Notes under the pieces: generated by a model
Seen by the model: the letters and a program-made list of their open reading frames with translations, nothing else
Databases searched by the model: none
Told to the model about the DNA's origin: nothing
Position numbers and translations under genes: made by a program
Source: Gammaproteobacteria bacterium
GTDB lineage: Bacteria; Pseudomonadota; Gammaproteobacteria; JACKNK01
Reading direction: 5' to 3'
NCBI GenBank assembly: GCA_049604295.1
Contig: JBMYTL010000010.1
Coordinates: forward strand, 38 to 64,037
Length of the DNA: 64,000 nucleotides
Part shown: piece after piece, positions 10,615 to 22,016 of the stretch
How positions within the stretch are numbered: the first letter of the stretch is position 1
How the letters are laid out: each line of letters opens with the position of its first letter

Positions 10615-10658
10615 GGAGCAACGGGGGAGCAACGGGGGAGCAACGGGGGAGCAACGGG
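10615..10658. repeat. tandem repeat, 11-bp unit ggagcaacggg x4
   Basis: Read directly: ggagcaacggg ggagcaacggg ggagcaacggg ggagcaacggg. Intergenic, between the aminopeptidase stop and the rpsO promoter. Confidence 0.95.
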
Positions 10659-10733
10659 ATCCGGTTTGCCCCGCCGGGGTCCGGGTGGATGAGGGCATCA
10701 GAAATTGATTTCGGCGGCCGATGGTTGACCGTC

Positions 10734-10762
10734 TTGTTACCCGTGGGGGGCACGCGTAGAAT
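10734..10762 (+). promoter_or_regulatory. candidate sigma-70 promoter of rpsO (ttgtta-N17-tagaat)
   Basis: ttgtta at 10734..10739 and tagaat at 10757..10762 with a 17-nt spacer, about 100 nt upstream of the rpsO ATG. Confidence 0.5.
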
Positions 10763-10862
10763 CCGCCGCTCTTTTTTCCGGGGGCTTGACCTGGGCCAGG
10801 CTTCCGAAGGCGGATCGCACGTCGCGATTTCCACCGCCATCCACATGCCCTGAGGACACAAC

Positions 10863-11132
10863 ATGTCTATTTCCGCAGAACAGAAAGCGGCGATCGTCGC
10901 TGAATACGGCCGTGGCGAAGGTGATACCGGCTCCCCCGAGGTTCAGGTCGCTCTGTTGACCGCCCGCATCAACGACCTCACCGGCCATTTCGCCGACCAC
11001 AAGCACGATCACCACTCCCGCCGTGGTCTGCTGCGCATGGTCAACCAGCGCCGCAAACTCCTCGACTACCTCAAGGGCAAGGATCAGGACCGCTACAAGA
11101 CCCTGATCGGCAGCCTGGGCCTGCGCCGCTGA
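10863..11132 (+). CDS. rpsO: 30S ribosomal protein S15
   Basis: 89 aa. [51 protein letters not shown]. Confidence 0.97.
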   Translation: MSISAEQKAAIVAEYGRGEGDTGSPEVQVALLTARINDLTGHFADHKHDHHSRRGLLRMVNQRRKLLDYLKGKDQDRYKTLIGSLGLRR

Positions 11133-11191
11133 CACTTCGTCCCGGCAGCCCATCGCGACACGACAGAAGCTGAGAGACACAGGAACCGACC

Positions 11192-13282
11192 GTGGAATCC
11201 ATCAAAAAGACATTTCAGTTCGGCGAACATGCCGTCACCCTCGAGACCGGCGAAATCGCCCGTCAGGCTGGCGGTGCCGTTATCGTCAATATGTCCGACA
11301 CGGTCGTTCTGGTCACCGCGGTGGGCCGCCGTGATGCGGATCCGGGTAAGGATTTCTTCCCCCTGACCGTTGAATACCAGGAGAAGACCTACGCCGCGGG
11401 CAAGATTCCGGGCGGTTTCTTCCGTCGCGAAGGACGTCCGTCCGAGGGTGAGACCCTCACGGCGCGCCTGATCGACCGTCCCCTGCGTCCGCTGTTTCCC
11501 AAGGGCTTCTACAACGAGGTGCAGATCATCTGTACCGTCATGTCCCTCAACCCCGAGGTGGACCCGGAACTGCCGTCGTTGATCGGCGCTTCCGCCGCCT
11601 TGTCCATCTCCGGCCTGCCGTTCAACGGCCCCGTGGGTGCGGCCCGCGTGGGTTACAAGGACGGCGAGTACCTGCTCAACGCCTCCCAGTCGATCATGGC
11701 GGAGTCCCAACTCGACCTGATCGTCGCCGGAACCGACCAGGCCGTGCTCATGGTCGAATCGGAGGCCAAGGAGCTTCCCGAGGAAGTCATGTTGGGTGCC
11801 GTGATGTTCGGCCACGAGGCCTATCAGGCCTGCATCGCCGCCATCAGCGAGCTCAAGGCCGAGGCCGGTAAGCCGGCCTGGGAATGGAGCGCTCCCCAGG
11901 AAGACACCGAACTGAAGGCCGCCGTGGAAGCGGCCGCCGGTGAAGGCATCCGCAATGCCTACACCATTGCCGACAAACTCGCTCGCCAGGATGCCGTGGC
12001 CGCCGTCAATGCCGCGACCGTCGAGGCACTGGCTTGCGGTGATGATGCCAAGTGGTCCGCTGGCGAGGTTTCCGCCGCCGTCCACAAGCTGGAAAAGGTC
12101 ACCGTGCGCGGTCGCATCATCAACGGCGAGCCCCGCATTGATGGTCGTGGACCGGCCGACGTGCGACCGATCACCGTTCGCACCGGCGTTCTGCCCCGCG
12201 CCCACGGTTCCGCCCTGTTCACCCGTGGCGAGACCCAGGCCCTGGTGGCCACCACCCTGGGGACCACCCGCGACGCCCAGGTCATCGATGCCCTGGCCGG
12301 TGAGCGCAAGGATCACTTCATCCTGCACTACAACTTCCCGCCCTTCTGCGTGAACGAGACCGGTCGCGTGGGTTCGCCCAAGCGCCGGGAGATCGGTCAT
12401 GGCCGTCTCGCCAAGCGTGGCATCGCCGCCGTGGTGCCCACGGTTGAGGAGTTCGCCTACACCGTGCGCGTGGTCTCCGAGATCACCGAGTCCAACGGTT
12501 CCTCCTCCATGGCTTCCGTCTGCGGAACCTCCCTGTCCCTGATGGATGCCGGTGTGCCCACCAAGGCCCCCGTGGCCGGTGTTGCCATGGGCCTGATCAA
12601 GGAAGGCGATTCCTTCGCCGTGCTCACCGACATCATGGGTGACGAGGATCACCTGGGTGACATGGACTTCAAGGTTGCCGGTACCGCCCAGGGTGTGAAC
12701 GCCCTGCAGATGGATATCAAGATCGATGGCATCACCAAGGAAATCATGGAGCAGGCCCTCGCCCAGGCGAAGGACGGCCGCATGCACATCCTCAGTAAGA
12801 TGAACGAGGCCATCTCCGCTCCCCGCCAGGAGATGAGTGAGTTCGCCCCGCGCATGGTCACGTTCAAGATCCACCCGGACAAGATCCGCGACGTCATCGG
12901 CAAGGGTGGCGCGACCATTCGCTCCATCACCGAAGCCACCGGCGCCAGCATCGACCTGACCGATGACGGCACGGTGCAGATCTTCTCCGCCGACCGGGCC
13001 GCCGGTGACAAGGCGCGCAAGATCGTCGAAGAGATCACCGCCGAGGTCGAAGTCGGACGCATCTACGACGGCAAGGTCGCCAAGATCATGGACTTCGGTG
13101 CCTTCGTGACCATTCTTCCCGGCAAAGACGGCCTGCTGCACATTTCGCAGATTTCCCATGAGCGCGTGGAGGCCGTGACCGATGAGCTCTCCGAAGGCCA
13201 GTCGGTTCGCGTGAAGGTGCTGGAGGTTGACCGCCAGGGCCGAATCCGCCTCTCCAAGAAGGCGATTGCCGAGGGCGAATAA
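11192..13282 (+). CDS. pnp: polyribonucleotide nucleotidyltransferase (PNPase)
   Basis: 696 aa with GTG start. Two RNase PH domains, then KH ([10 protein letters not shown]) and S1 ([13 protein letters not shown]) domains. Conserved rpsO-pnp pair. Confidence 0.97.
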   Translation: MESIKKTFQFGEHAVTLETGEIARQAGGAVIVNMSDTVVLVTAVGRRDADPGKDFFPLTVEYQEKTYAAGKIPGGFFRREGRPSEGETLTARLIDRPLRPLFPKGFYNEVQIICTVMSLNPEVDPELPSLIGASAALSISGLPFNGPVGAARVGYKDGEYLLNASQSIMAESQLDLIVAGTDQAVLMVESEAKELPEEVMLGAVMFGHEAYQACIAAISELKAEAGKPAWEWSAPQEDTELKAAVEAAAGEGIRNAYTIADKLARQDAVAAVNAATVEALACGDDAKWSAGEVSAAVHKLEKVTVRGRIINGEPRIDGRGPADVRPITVRTGVLPRAHGSALFTRGETQALVATTLGTTRDAQVIDALAGERKDHFILHYNFPPFCVNETGRVGSPKRREIGHGRLAKRGIAAVVPTVEEFAYTVRVVSEITESNGSSSMASVCGTSLSLMDAGVPTKAPVAGVAMGLIKEGDSFAVLTDIMGDEDHLGDMDFKVAGTAQGVNALQMDIKIDGITKEIMEQALAQAKDGRMHILSKMNEAISAPRQEMSEFAPRMVTFKIHPDKIRDVIGKGGATIRSITEATGASIDLTDDGTVQIFSADRAAGDKARKIVEEITAEVEVGRIYDGKVAKIMDFGAFVTILPGKDGLLHISQISHERVEAVTDELSEGQSVRVKVLEVDRQGRIRLSKKAIAEGE

Positions 13283-13310
13283 GGCCCGCTAGCCTTTGTC
13301 GCCTGTCGAA

Positions 13311-13342
13311 CGGCCCCGGTTTATCCGGGGCCGTTTCGTTTT
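13311..13342 (+). terminator. intrinsic terminator after pnp
   Basis: cggccccgg-tttat-ccggggccg followed by tttcgtttt. Confidence 0.85.
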
Positions 13343-13528
13343 GACCTATCCACGACCCGTTCGCGAATTGACCCACGCCCTGTCCGCGCGCTCTGTTCGC
13401 GCGTCATGCCCCGATGGGCTCGCCAGGGTGGAAATGGAAGCGCCAAGAGATAACCCCATGGCCCGGGTGATTGGCCGGACGTGGACCCACGTAGACTGTC
13501 GTCGTTCGATCTGACCGGGAGCATATCC

Positions 13529-13828
13529 GTGTACTACGCCATCATCGCCGAGGACCACCCCGGCACCCTGCAGGCACGCCTGGCGGCGCGGCCGGAACAT
13601 CTGCAGCGGCTCAAGAACCTGCTGGAACAGGGCCGATTGCTGATCGCCGGTCCTCACCCCGCCATCGACAATGAGGACCCGGGGGAGGCCGGTTTCACCG
13701 GCAGCCTGGTGGTCGCTGAGTTCGATGACCTGGAGGATGCCCGTGCCTGGGCTGATGCCGATCCCTATGTCGCCGCCGGGGTCTACGCCAAGGTGACCGT
13801 AAAACCCTACAAGAAGGTGCTGCCCTGA
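13529..13828 (+). CDS. yciI: YciI family protein
   Basis: GTG 13529 gives (M)[27 protein letters not shown]...[41 protein letters not shown], collinear with E. coli YciI as I recall it. ORF track start is 13481. Confidence 0.85.
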   Translation: MYYAIIAEDHPGTLQARLAARPEHLQRLKNLLEQGRLLIAGPHPAIDNEDPGEAGFTGSLVVAEFDDLEDARAWADADPYVAAGVYAKVTVKPYKKVLP

Positions 13829-14100
13829 TGAATGCGGAGCGCGTGGAGAAGATCCGCCAGCGCCTGACCGATGCCCTGGCTCCTGTTGCCCTGGATATCG
13901 AGGATGACAGTGCACGCCATGCGGGTCATGCCGGGGCCGCCGGCGGGGCGGGGCATTTCAACGCACGGATTGTGTCCGAGGCCTTCGCGGGCAAGCGGCT
14001 GTTGGAACGCCACCGCATGGTGTACGCCGCCCTCGGCGACATGATGAATACCGAGATCCATGCATTCAGCATGGAGTGCCGTTCTCCGGACGAGGTCTGA
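13828..14100 (+). CDS. BolA family protein
   Basis: 90 aa. DDSARHAGHAG...HFNARIVSEAFAGKRLLERHRMVY. Its ATG overlaps the yciI TGA by 1 nt. Confidence 0.85.
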   Translation: MNAERVEKIRQRLTDALAPVALDIEDDSARHAGHAGAAGGAGHFNARIVSEAFAGKRLLERHRMVYAALGDMMNTEIHAFSMECRSPDEV

Positions 14101-14103
14101 TCC

Positions 14104-14802
14104 GTGACCGTGCTCCTGGGTATCGAGACCGGGTCTGAAGCCTGTTCGGTTGCTCTTTGGCGCGACGGTGAAGTGATCGATCGGTTCGAGCATGCGCCGC
14201 GTCGCCATGCCGCCATCATCCTGCCCATGATGGAGTCCATCCTGGCGGAGGCGGGTGTGGCGAAAACCGGGCTTGATGCACTGGTTCTCGGACGGGGGCC
14301 GGGCAGCTTCACGGGCCTGCGGATTGCGTCCAGTGTCGTGCAGGGGGTCGCTTATGCCCTGGACCGACAGGTGGTGTGTATCTCGTCCCTGGCGGCACTG
14401 GCGGCCGAGGTCATGGACCGGCGGGGGGCTCAGAGGGTGATTACCGCTCTGGATGCACGCATGAACGAGGTTTACTGGGGTGCTTTCCGGTCGGGTGAGG
14501 ACGGTCTTCCCGAACCGATGCTCGATGAATGCGTCATCGCTCCGGAGCAGGCGCCGGCCCCTGATGCGCCGGATGGTTCCGGGCCTTGGTTTCTTGCCGG
14601 TCCCGGGTTTGCGGCCTACGCGGATGCTCTGCTTCCGCGTTTCGATCACGGGGAGGGGGGGCTCGACGCCCAGATGTTGCCCCGTGCTTGTCACCTCATG
14701 GCCTTGGCGGCGCGCGATTTCACGCTGGGAAGGGGCGTTCCGGCGGATCAGGCGCGACCGGTTTACCTGCGCGACCAGGTGGCCTGGAAGAAGGCGGTTT
14801 GA
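14104..14802 (+). CDS. tsaB: tRNA threonylcarbamoyladenosine biosynthesis protein TsaB
   Basis: LGIETGSEACSVAL and GPGSFTGLRIASSVVQG. 232 aa, GTG start. Confidence 0.85.
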   Translation: MTVLLGIETGSEACSVALWRDGEVIDRFEHAPRRHAAIILPMMESILAEAGVAKTGLDALVLGRGPGSFTGLRIASSVVQGVAYALDRQVVCISSLAALAAEVMDRRGAQRVITALDARMNEVYWGAFRSGEDGLPEPMLDECVIAPEQAPAPDAPDGSGPWFLAGPGFAAYADALLPRFDHGEGGLDAQMLPRACHLMALAARDFTLGRGVPADQARPVYLRDQVAWKKAV

Positions 14803-14906
14803 TGCGTGCTCTCAACCTCAGGCGCGGGTGCCCGGTGGGTGGCCTGCGCGCTCTATCCGTGACGCCTCGTCGCCGCCAAGAGGGTAGGGCGATGAAAACC
14901 GTGGGA

Positions 14907-15191
14907 TCAGATGATCTCCGGTCGGTCCGGGTTGCGGCGGTAGAGCACCGCCACCTGGCCGATGGTCTGCACGTTGTCCGCCCCGGTCTGGGCCAAGATC
15001 TGTTCCAGCCATTGGGCACGGGCATCGCGCTCGGCGCGCAGCTTCACCTTCAGCAACTGGTGATGCGCCAGGGCGATCTCGATCTCCTCCAGGACGGGCC
15101 CGGTGACGCCGTGTTGTCCCACGATCACCACGGGCTTGAGGCTGTGGGCCAGGGCGCGCAGGCGTTTCTTTCGGGCGGTATCTAGGCTCAT
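14907..15191 (-). CDS. yhbY: ribosome assembly RNA-binding protein YhbY (CRM domain)
   Basis: 94 aa. KKRLRALAHSLKPVVIVGQHGVTGPVLEEIEIALAHHQLLKVKL. Divergent from rlmE, as in many gammaproteobacteria. Confidence 0.9.
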   Translation of the reverse strand: MSLDTARKKRLRALAHSLKPVVIVGQHGVTGPVLEEIEIALAHHQLLKVKLRAERDARAQWLEQILAQTGADNVQTIGQVAVLYRRNPDRPEII

Positions 15192-15502
15192 GGAAAATCG
15201 ATCGGATCAGTTGCGGGGCGGGGGGGCGAACGTGCCGTCAACACGCCCCGGGAAAAGGGCGCGGAGTGTAGCACGTGGCCAACCACAGGCTGCCCAGGGC
15301 GCGCTCGATGGCGCCAAGCTGGAACTGGGTTTTGCATTGGTTGCAGCGGTCCTGCTGGCACTTGTTCCCTGGGAGAGTGCCTGGGCCCTGCCCGGCCTGC
15401 TGTTGGCGGGCGTGCTGGCCGCCCTTTGGATCGCGCACCGGGTGCGCCGGGAACTGCGCAGACACACCGATCGTGGCGCGGATCGACCGGGGGAGGCCCA
15501 TC

Positions 15503-16126
15503 GTGGCGCGTAGCAAGAGCAGTGGCCGTTGGTTGCGTGAGCATTTCGACGATGAGTACGTGCGTCGTGCCCAGCAGGACGGTTGGCGTTCACGCGCTGT
15601 GTTCAAGTTGGAGGAGATCGACACAAAGGAGCGCCTGTTCCGCCCCGCGATGAACATCATCGACCTGGGCGCGGCCCCCGGGGCCTGGTCTCAGTACGCG
15701 GCGCAACGCATCGGCGACAGCGGTCGCGTTTTGGCGATTGATCTCCTGGAGGTCGTCCCCATGGAGCGGGTCGATGTAATCCGTGGCGATATCAACGACG
15801 ACGTCGTGTTCGAGGCCATGCTCAATCACTTCGGAGAAAGTGGGGTTGACCTTGTCATGTCTGACATGGCGCCCAACATGAGTGGTAACCGGGCGGTGGA
15901 TCAGCCGCGCTCGGTACAGCTTTGCGAAATGGCGGCCGAGGCGGCGCGAGAACTGCTCAACCCCGGTGGTGACTTGATCATGAAGGCCTTCGAGGGGGCC
16001 GGAATTGAGGAACTCCGGCGCGAGCTGCGCGGTCGATTCACCACTTTGAAGACCATAAAACCCAAGGCCTCCCGGCCCCGAAGCCCTGAGATTTATCTGG
16101 TGGCACGGGGTAGCAAAGGCCGATAA
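15503..16126 (+). CDS. rlmE: 23S rRNA (uridine2552-2'-O)-methyltransferase
   Basis: GTG 15503 gives (M)ARSKSSGRWLREHFDDEYVRRAQQDGWRSRAVFKLEEID. SAM motif DLGAAPGAWSQ, plus VMSDMAPNMSG. The upstream part of ORF 15275.. is W/C-rich and not protein-like. Confidence 0.9.
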   Translation: MARSKSSGRWLREHFDDEYVRRAQQDGWRSRAVFKLEEIDTKERLFRPAMNIIDLGAAPGAWSQYAAQRIGDSGRVLAIDLLEVVPMERVDVIRGDINDDVVFEAMLNHFGESGVDLVMSDMAPNMSGNRAVDQPRSVQLCEMAAEAARELLNPGGDLIMKAFEGAGIEELRRELRGRFTTLKTIKPKASRPRSPEIYLVARGSKGR

Positions 16127-16200
16127 TGTCCAGTTACTGATTTTGTACGGGGTGGGGTCGTCCAACGACGGCCGTCACGCCATGAAAAGAGGCACCGACC

Positions 16201-18135
<1,935 letters not shown>

Positions 18136-18168
18136 TCGGCTCGGTCGGCAGCGCCGATATCACCGCGA

Positions 18169-18202
18169 AACGCCCGGCTCCATGAGCCGGGCGTTTTCGT
18201 TT
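18169..18202 (+). terminator. intrinsic terminator after ftsH
   Basis: aacgcccggctc-cat-gagccgggcgtt followed by ttcgttt. Confidence 0.8.
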
Positions 18203-18391
18203 GCGTTGCCCGTTCGCGCCGTTGTGATCGCACAGGTGTCATAGGTGGTTGGATTGCCTTGCGTCATGCACCGACGACGCCTGATGCAGGCAGGGGAAGG
18301 CGCTCAAACATCAGCCCGGCGATGTTGCCGGAACCCTCCGGGAAAGGGGGTTAATATCAGCCTCCTTTCCCGACCCGGTGACAGTGCTCAC

Positions 18392-19261
18392 GTGTCCTCC
18401 ATCGCTCTCTCAGGTGGCTCTTTCCGCCTCGAACTGGATCGCCCGCGCATCATGGGCATTCTCAACCTGACGCCCGATTCCTTCTCCGATGGCGGCCGCT
18501 TCATCGAGCCCGGGGTCGCCGTGGAGCGGGCGTTACGTATGGTGGATGAAGGCGCCGACATCATCGATATCGGGGGAGAGTCCACCCGCCCGGGTGCCCA
18601 GGGGGTGTCGGCATCGGAAGAGTTGGACCGGGTAATGCCGGTGATTGAGGCCCTGGCTCCGGAGACCGCTGTGCCGCTGTCCATTGATACCAGCAAGGCC
18701 GCCGTGATGCGCGCGGCGGTGGATGCGGGCGTGGGCCTCATCAACGACGTACGCGCCCTGCGGGAGCCCGGTGCCCTGCAAACCGCCGCCGACTCCGGTG
18801 CAGCGGTGTGCCTCATGCACATGCAGGGTGAGCCACGCACCATGCAGGCCGCACCCACTTATGCGGATGTGGTCGAGGATGTGTATGCCTTTCTCATGGA
18901 CCGGGTGCGGGCCTGTGAGTCAGCGGGAATCACGCGCGATCGCATCGTGCTTGATCCGGGGTTCGGTTTCGGCAAGACCCTTGAACACAATCTGGTGCTG
19001 CTGCGTCACCTGGAGCGCTTCGCGGCCGATGGTCTGGCGGTGCTCGCGGGGATCAGCCGGAAGTCCATGATCGGGGCCATCCTGGGTGATGCATCCGGGC
19101 CCAGGCCGGTGCAGGGCCGGGTTCATGGCAGCGTCGCCGCGGCCCTTGTTGCGGTGCGACACGGCGCGGGCATAATCCGGGTTCACGATGTGCTGGCGAC
19201 GGTCGATGCGCTCAAGGTAATGGGGGCGGTGGAAGGCCCCGAAGTCGCCCACTTGGCTTGA
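18392..19261 (+). CDS. folP: dihydropteroate synthase
   Basis: GTG 18392, then IMGILNLTPDSFSDGG and DIGGESTRPG. The ORF track start 18245 lies in the ftsH terminator/promoter gap. Confidence 0.9.
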   Translation: MSSIALSGGSFRLELDRPRIMGILNLTPDSFSDGGRFIEPGVAVERALRMVDEGADIIDIGGESTRPGAQGVSASEELDRVMPVIEALAPETAVPLSIDTSKAAVMRAAVDAGVGLINDVRALREPGALQTAADSGAAVCLMHMQGEPRTMQAAPTYADVVEDVYAFLMDRVRACESAGITRDRIVLDPGFGFGKTLEHNLVLLRHLERFAADGLAVLAGISRKSMIGAILGDASGPRPVQGRVHGSVAAALVAVRHGAGIIRVHDVLATVDALKVMGAVEGPEVAHLA

Positions 19262-19309
19262 ATCAATAACGAGAATCAGGGCACATGGCTGCCCGCCATG
19301 GGGGGTTAG

Positions 19310-20650
19310 ATGCAACGTAGGTATTTCGGCACCGACGGCGTACGTGGTCACGTGGGCGAACACCCGATCACCGCGGATTTCATGCTCAAGCTCGGCTGGG
19401 CGGCGGGCAAGGTGCTGGCGCCTGATGGAGGTGGCCGCGTGGTTATCGGCAAGGACACCCGCATCTCGGGTTATATGTTCGAGGCAGCCCTGGAAGCGGG
19501 TCTGACCGCGGCGGGTATCAAGAGCATGATGCTCGGGCCGCTGCCGACCCCCGGTATTGCCTACCTGACGCGAACGTTGCGGGCACGCGCGGGCATCGTG
19601 ATCAGCGCGTCCCACAATGCCTACCAGGATAACGGCATCAAGTTCTTCTCCGCGGAGGGCTACAAGCTGCCCGATGCGGTGGAACTGGCCATCGAAGCGC
19701 AGATCGACAAGCCCATGGATACCGTCGCCTCGGAGTCCCTGGGCAAGGCGGTGCGCGTGGAGGATTCGCGCGGGCGCTACATCGAGTTCTGCAAGGGCAC
19801 CGTGCCCTCGGCCCTGGATCTCGGCGGGATGAAGATTGTGCTGGACTGTGCCAATGGCGCCACCTACCACACCGGTCCCAGAGTGTTTGAGGAACTGGGC
19901 GCGAACATCGTGGCGATGGGTACGGAGCCCAATGGCGTCAACATCAACGCCGGTTGCGGGTCCACGCACCCCGAGGCCTTGCAGAGCCGCGTCCTGAGTG
20001 AGGGCGCGGACCTTGGCATCGCCTTCGACGGAGACGGTGATCGCCTCGTGATGGTGGATCACAAGGGCGAACTGGTGGACGGTGATGAGCTCTTATACGT
20101 GATTGCCAACGAGCGCCTGTCCTCGGGGCGCGAGGTCAATGGCGTCGTGGGCACCCTGATGAGTAACCTGGGGTTGGAACACGCGCTGCGTGACCAGGGT
20201 ATTGCCCTGCACCGCGCCAAGGTGGGTGACCGTTACGTGATGGAGGTGCTCAAGGAGAAGGGCTTGGTGCTGGGCGGTGAAAGCTCAGGGCATATCATCT
20301 GCCTGGATCGCACCACCACCGGGGATGGAACCATCTCCGCCCTGCAGGTGTTGGCCGCCATGTACAACTCCGGCAACTCCCTGAACGCCCTCAAGACCGG
20401 CATGAGCAAGTACCCCCAGCTCATGGTCAACGTGCGTATCAAGGGCAGGGTCGACCTGTCCGAGCACGCGGCCATCCAGTCCGCCGTACAGGCCGCTGAG
20501 GACAAGCTCGCCGGGCGCGGGCGGGTTCTGCTCAGGCCCTCGGGGACCGAGCCCCTGGTCCGGGTCATGGTCGAAGGCGAGGACGGTGCGCTGGTGGAAA
20601 CCGTGGTTAACGAACTGGCGGACGTGGTGCGCAGCCAGGTCGGCGCGTGA
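19310..20650 (+). CDS. glmM: phosphoglucosamine mutase
   Basis: 446 aa. YFGTDGVRG, active-site loop [22 protein letters not shown]. Confidence 0.95.
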   Translation: MQRRYFGTDGVRGHVGEHPITADFMLKLGWAAGKVLAPDGGGRVVIGKDTRISGYMFEAALEAGLTAAGIKSMMLGPLPTPGIAYLTRTLRARAGIVISASHNAYQDNGIKFFSAEGYKLPDAVELAIEAQIDKPMDTVASESLGKAVRVEDSRGRYIEFCKGTVPSALDLGGMKIVLDCANGATYHTGPRVFEELGANIVAMGTEPNGVNINAGCGSTHPEALQSRVLSEGADLGIAFDGDGDRLVMVDHKGELVDGDELLYVIANERLSSGREVNGVVGTLMSNLGLEHALRDQGIALHRAKVGDRYVMEVLKEKGLVLGGESSGHIICLDRTTTGDGTISALQVLAAMYNSGNSLNALKTGMSKYPQLMVNVRIKGRVDLSEHAAIQSAVQAAEDKLAGRGRVLLRPSGTEPLVRVMVEGEDGALVETVVNELADVVRSQVGA

Positions 20651-20707
20651 TGCACTCGCCCCGACAGGGGGCGTGAGGGCCGCAACCGGGGCCGGGCGTA
20701 TCCGGAA

Positions 20708-21478
20708 TCAACCCGCGAAGCGGTTGCTCAGGGTGCCGACTCCCTCGATGACCACCTCCACGATGCACCCATCGGGCATGGCGGTCGCCCCCACGGAGGT
20801 TCCGCAGGCGATGAGATCGCCCGTCTCCAGTGTCATGTCCTCCGAAAGACGGCTGACGATCTCCCGTGGGCCGTAGAACATGTCGCTGACCGGGTAGTCC
20901 TGCAGACACTCGCCATTCACCCAGGTCTGCACGCGCAGCCCATCAGGGTTCATGCCGGTGACAACGGCCGGGCCAAAGGGTCCGAAACCGTCGAAGCTTT
21001 TCGCGCGCACCCACTGGGGAAAGGTCGGGTCGGATTTCAGGATGGCGCGCGCGGTGACATCGTTCACGCAGGTGTAGCCGAAGATCACATCGTCCGCCTG
21101 TTCCGGCGTGATGCGATGGGCGGTTTTTCCGATCACGATGCCGAGCTCGCCTTCGAACACCACCGGGCCGTCGTACCCATCCGGCCGGGGAATGGTGCCA
21201 CCGGGGTTGAGCTGACAGGTACGGAGCTTGCTGAAGTACAGCGGATGCGGGGGTTTGGACAGGCCCTCGACCTGGGCGCGTTCATGGAAGTTGTTCCACA
21301 GGCCGATGTATTTGCCGGGCTCGAAGGGGTAGAGCAGCTCCACGTCCGCGACATCCAGTGGGTCGCCAATCGGTCGTGGAGTGTCGAACAGGGAGCCCTC
21401 GCACAGGGTCACCGTGGTGCCATCGAGTTGGGCGATAGAGTCCTTGCCGTTGAAACGACAACGTATCCAGGTGGTCAC
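20708..21478 (-). CDS. fumarylacetoacetate hydrolase family protein
   Basis: FEGELGIVIGK, CVNDVTAR, KSFDGFGPFGP. Confidence 0.8.
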   Translation of the reverse strand: MTTWIRCRFNGKDSIAQLDGTTVTLCEGSLFDTPRPIGDPLDVADVELLYPFEPGKYIGLWNNFHERAQVEGLSKPPHPLYFSKLRTCQLNPGGTIPRPDGYDGPVVFEGELGIVIGKTAHRITPEQADDVIFGYTCVNDVTARAILKSDPTFPQWVRAKSFDGFGPFGPAVVTGMNPDGLRVQTWVNGECLQDYPVSDMFYGPREIVSRLSEDMTLETGDLIACGTSVGATAMPDGCIVEVVIEGVGTLSNRFAG

Positions 21479-21799
21479 AAGAGCGATCCGCGTGGGTTGA
21501 GAGGGAATGGAACGAAACAGGCTGCGAGTAGGGTTCGAGAATACCTGCGCCTGGCCAAGGTCACCTTGGAGTGGCTTTCCGGATCGTGGTGAGAAAGGGC
21601 ACGGTTCGGAGGTAAATACGCCTGCATCACCTATGGTTGCGGAAACAGGTGGGGTACACGCCGGGCCTGTGTTGGCTGGTGATCCGACGTCATCGCGTTG
21701 AGCTCAATCGTGGGCACAACAACCCCTGCCGTTATTGCTTCAGTCGGAGTTGAGCCCCGGGCAGGCGGGCGCGTATACCACGGCCTGACAGGGATATTC

Positions 21800-21975
21800 G
21801 GTGCACACGTTGCACCCTCCTACGCGATCAGCATTGAGCCTCCGGGGCGCACGGCGGGTGTCAGCGCTCGTAGGGTGCACCGCGTGCACCAGGGGTGTAG
21901 CCACGGTGGTAGGTGCACAGGGTGCCCCCTATGAGGCGGGTCAGCCCGATTCGGGAAAGGACATCGCTCCTACGG
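21800..21975. repeat. cluster of three REP-like palindromic units (GGTGCAC-N3-5-GTGCACC flanked by CCTACG/CGTAGG)
   Basis: 21800..21824 ggtgcacacgttgcaccctcctacg. 21869..21890 cgtagggtgcaccgcgtgcacc (inverted orientation). 21909..21975 ggtaggtgcacagggtgcccc...gctcctacgg. Confidence 0.7.
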
Positions 21976-22016
21976 GGGCGGTGGCCCCATTCCCGAGTTC
22001 CGGGAGACCGCGGGCC

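Noticed and set aside
10615-10658. Whether any of the short tandem repeats (10615, 37496, 43051, 60089) could be CRISPR arrays
   Set aside because: The units are 7-15 bp and directly abutting, with no spacers and no cas genes in the window.
11093-13159. 688-aa minus-strand ORF antisense to pnp. Similar shadow ORFs occur at 16522..18132 (ftsH), 18920..20062 (folP/glmM), 33468..34739 (purT), 39453..40772 (kinase), 41854..42942 (hppA) and 58985..60070 (hydrogenase beta).
   Set aside because: All lie opposite well-supported conserved genes and have Gly/Asp/His/Arg-rich, motif-free translations. I regard them as non-coding frames kept open by GC bias.
21507-21934. Small ORFs (64 and 78 aa) in the aceF-downstream spacer
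   Set aside because: They run through REP-like palindromes, lack ribosome-binding sites and have implausible composition.
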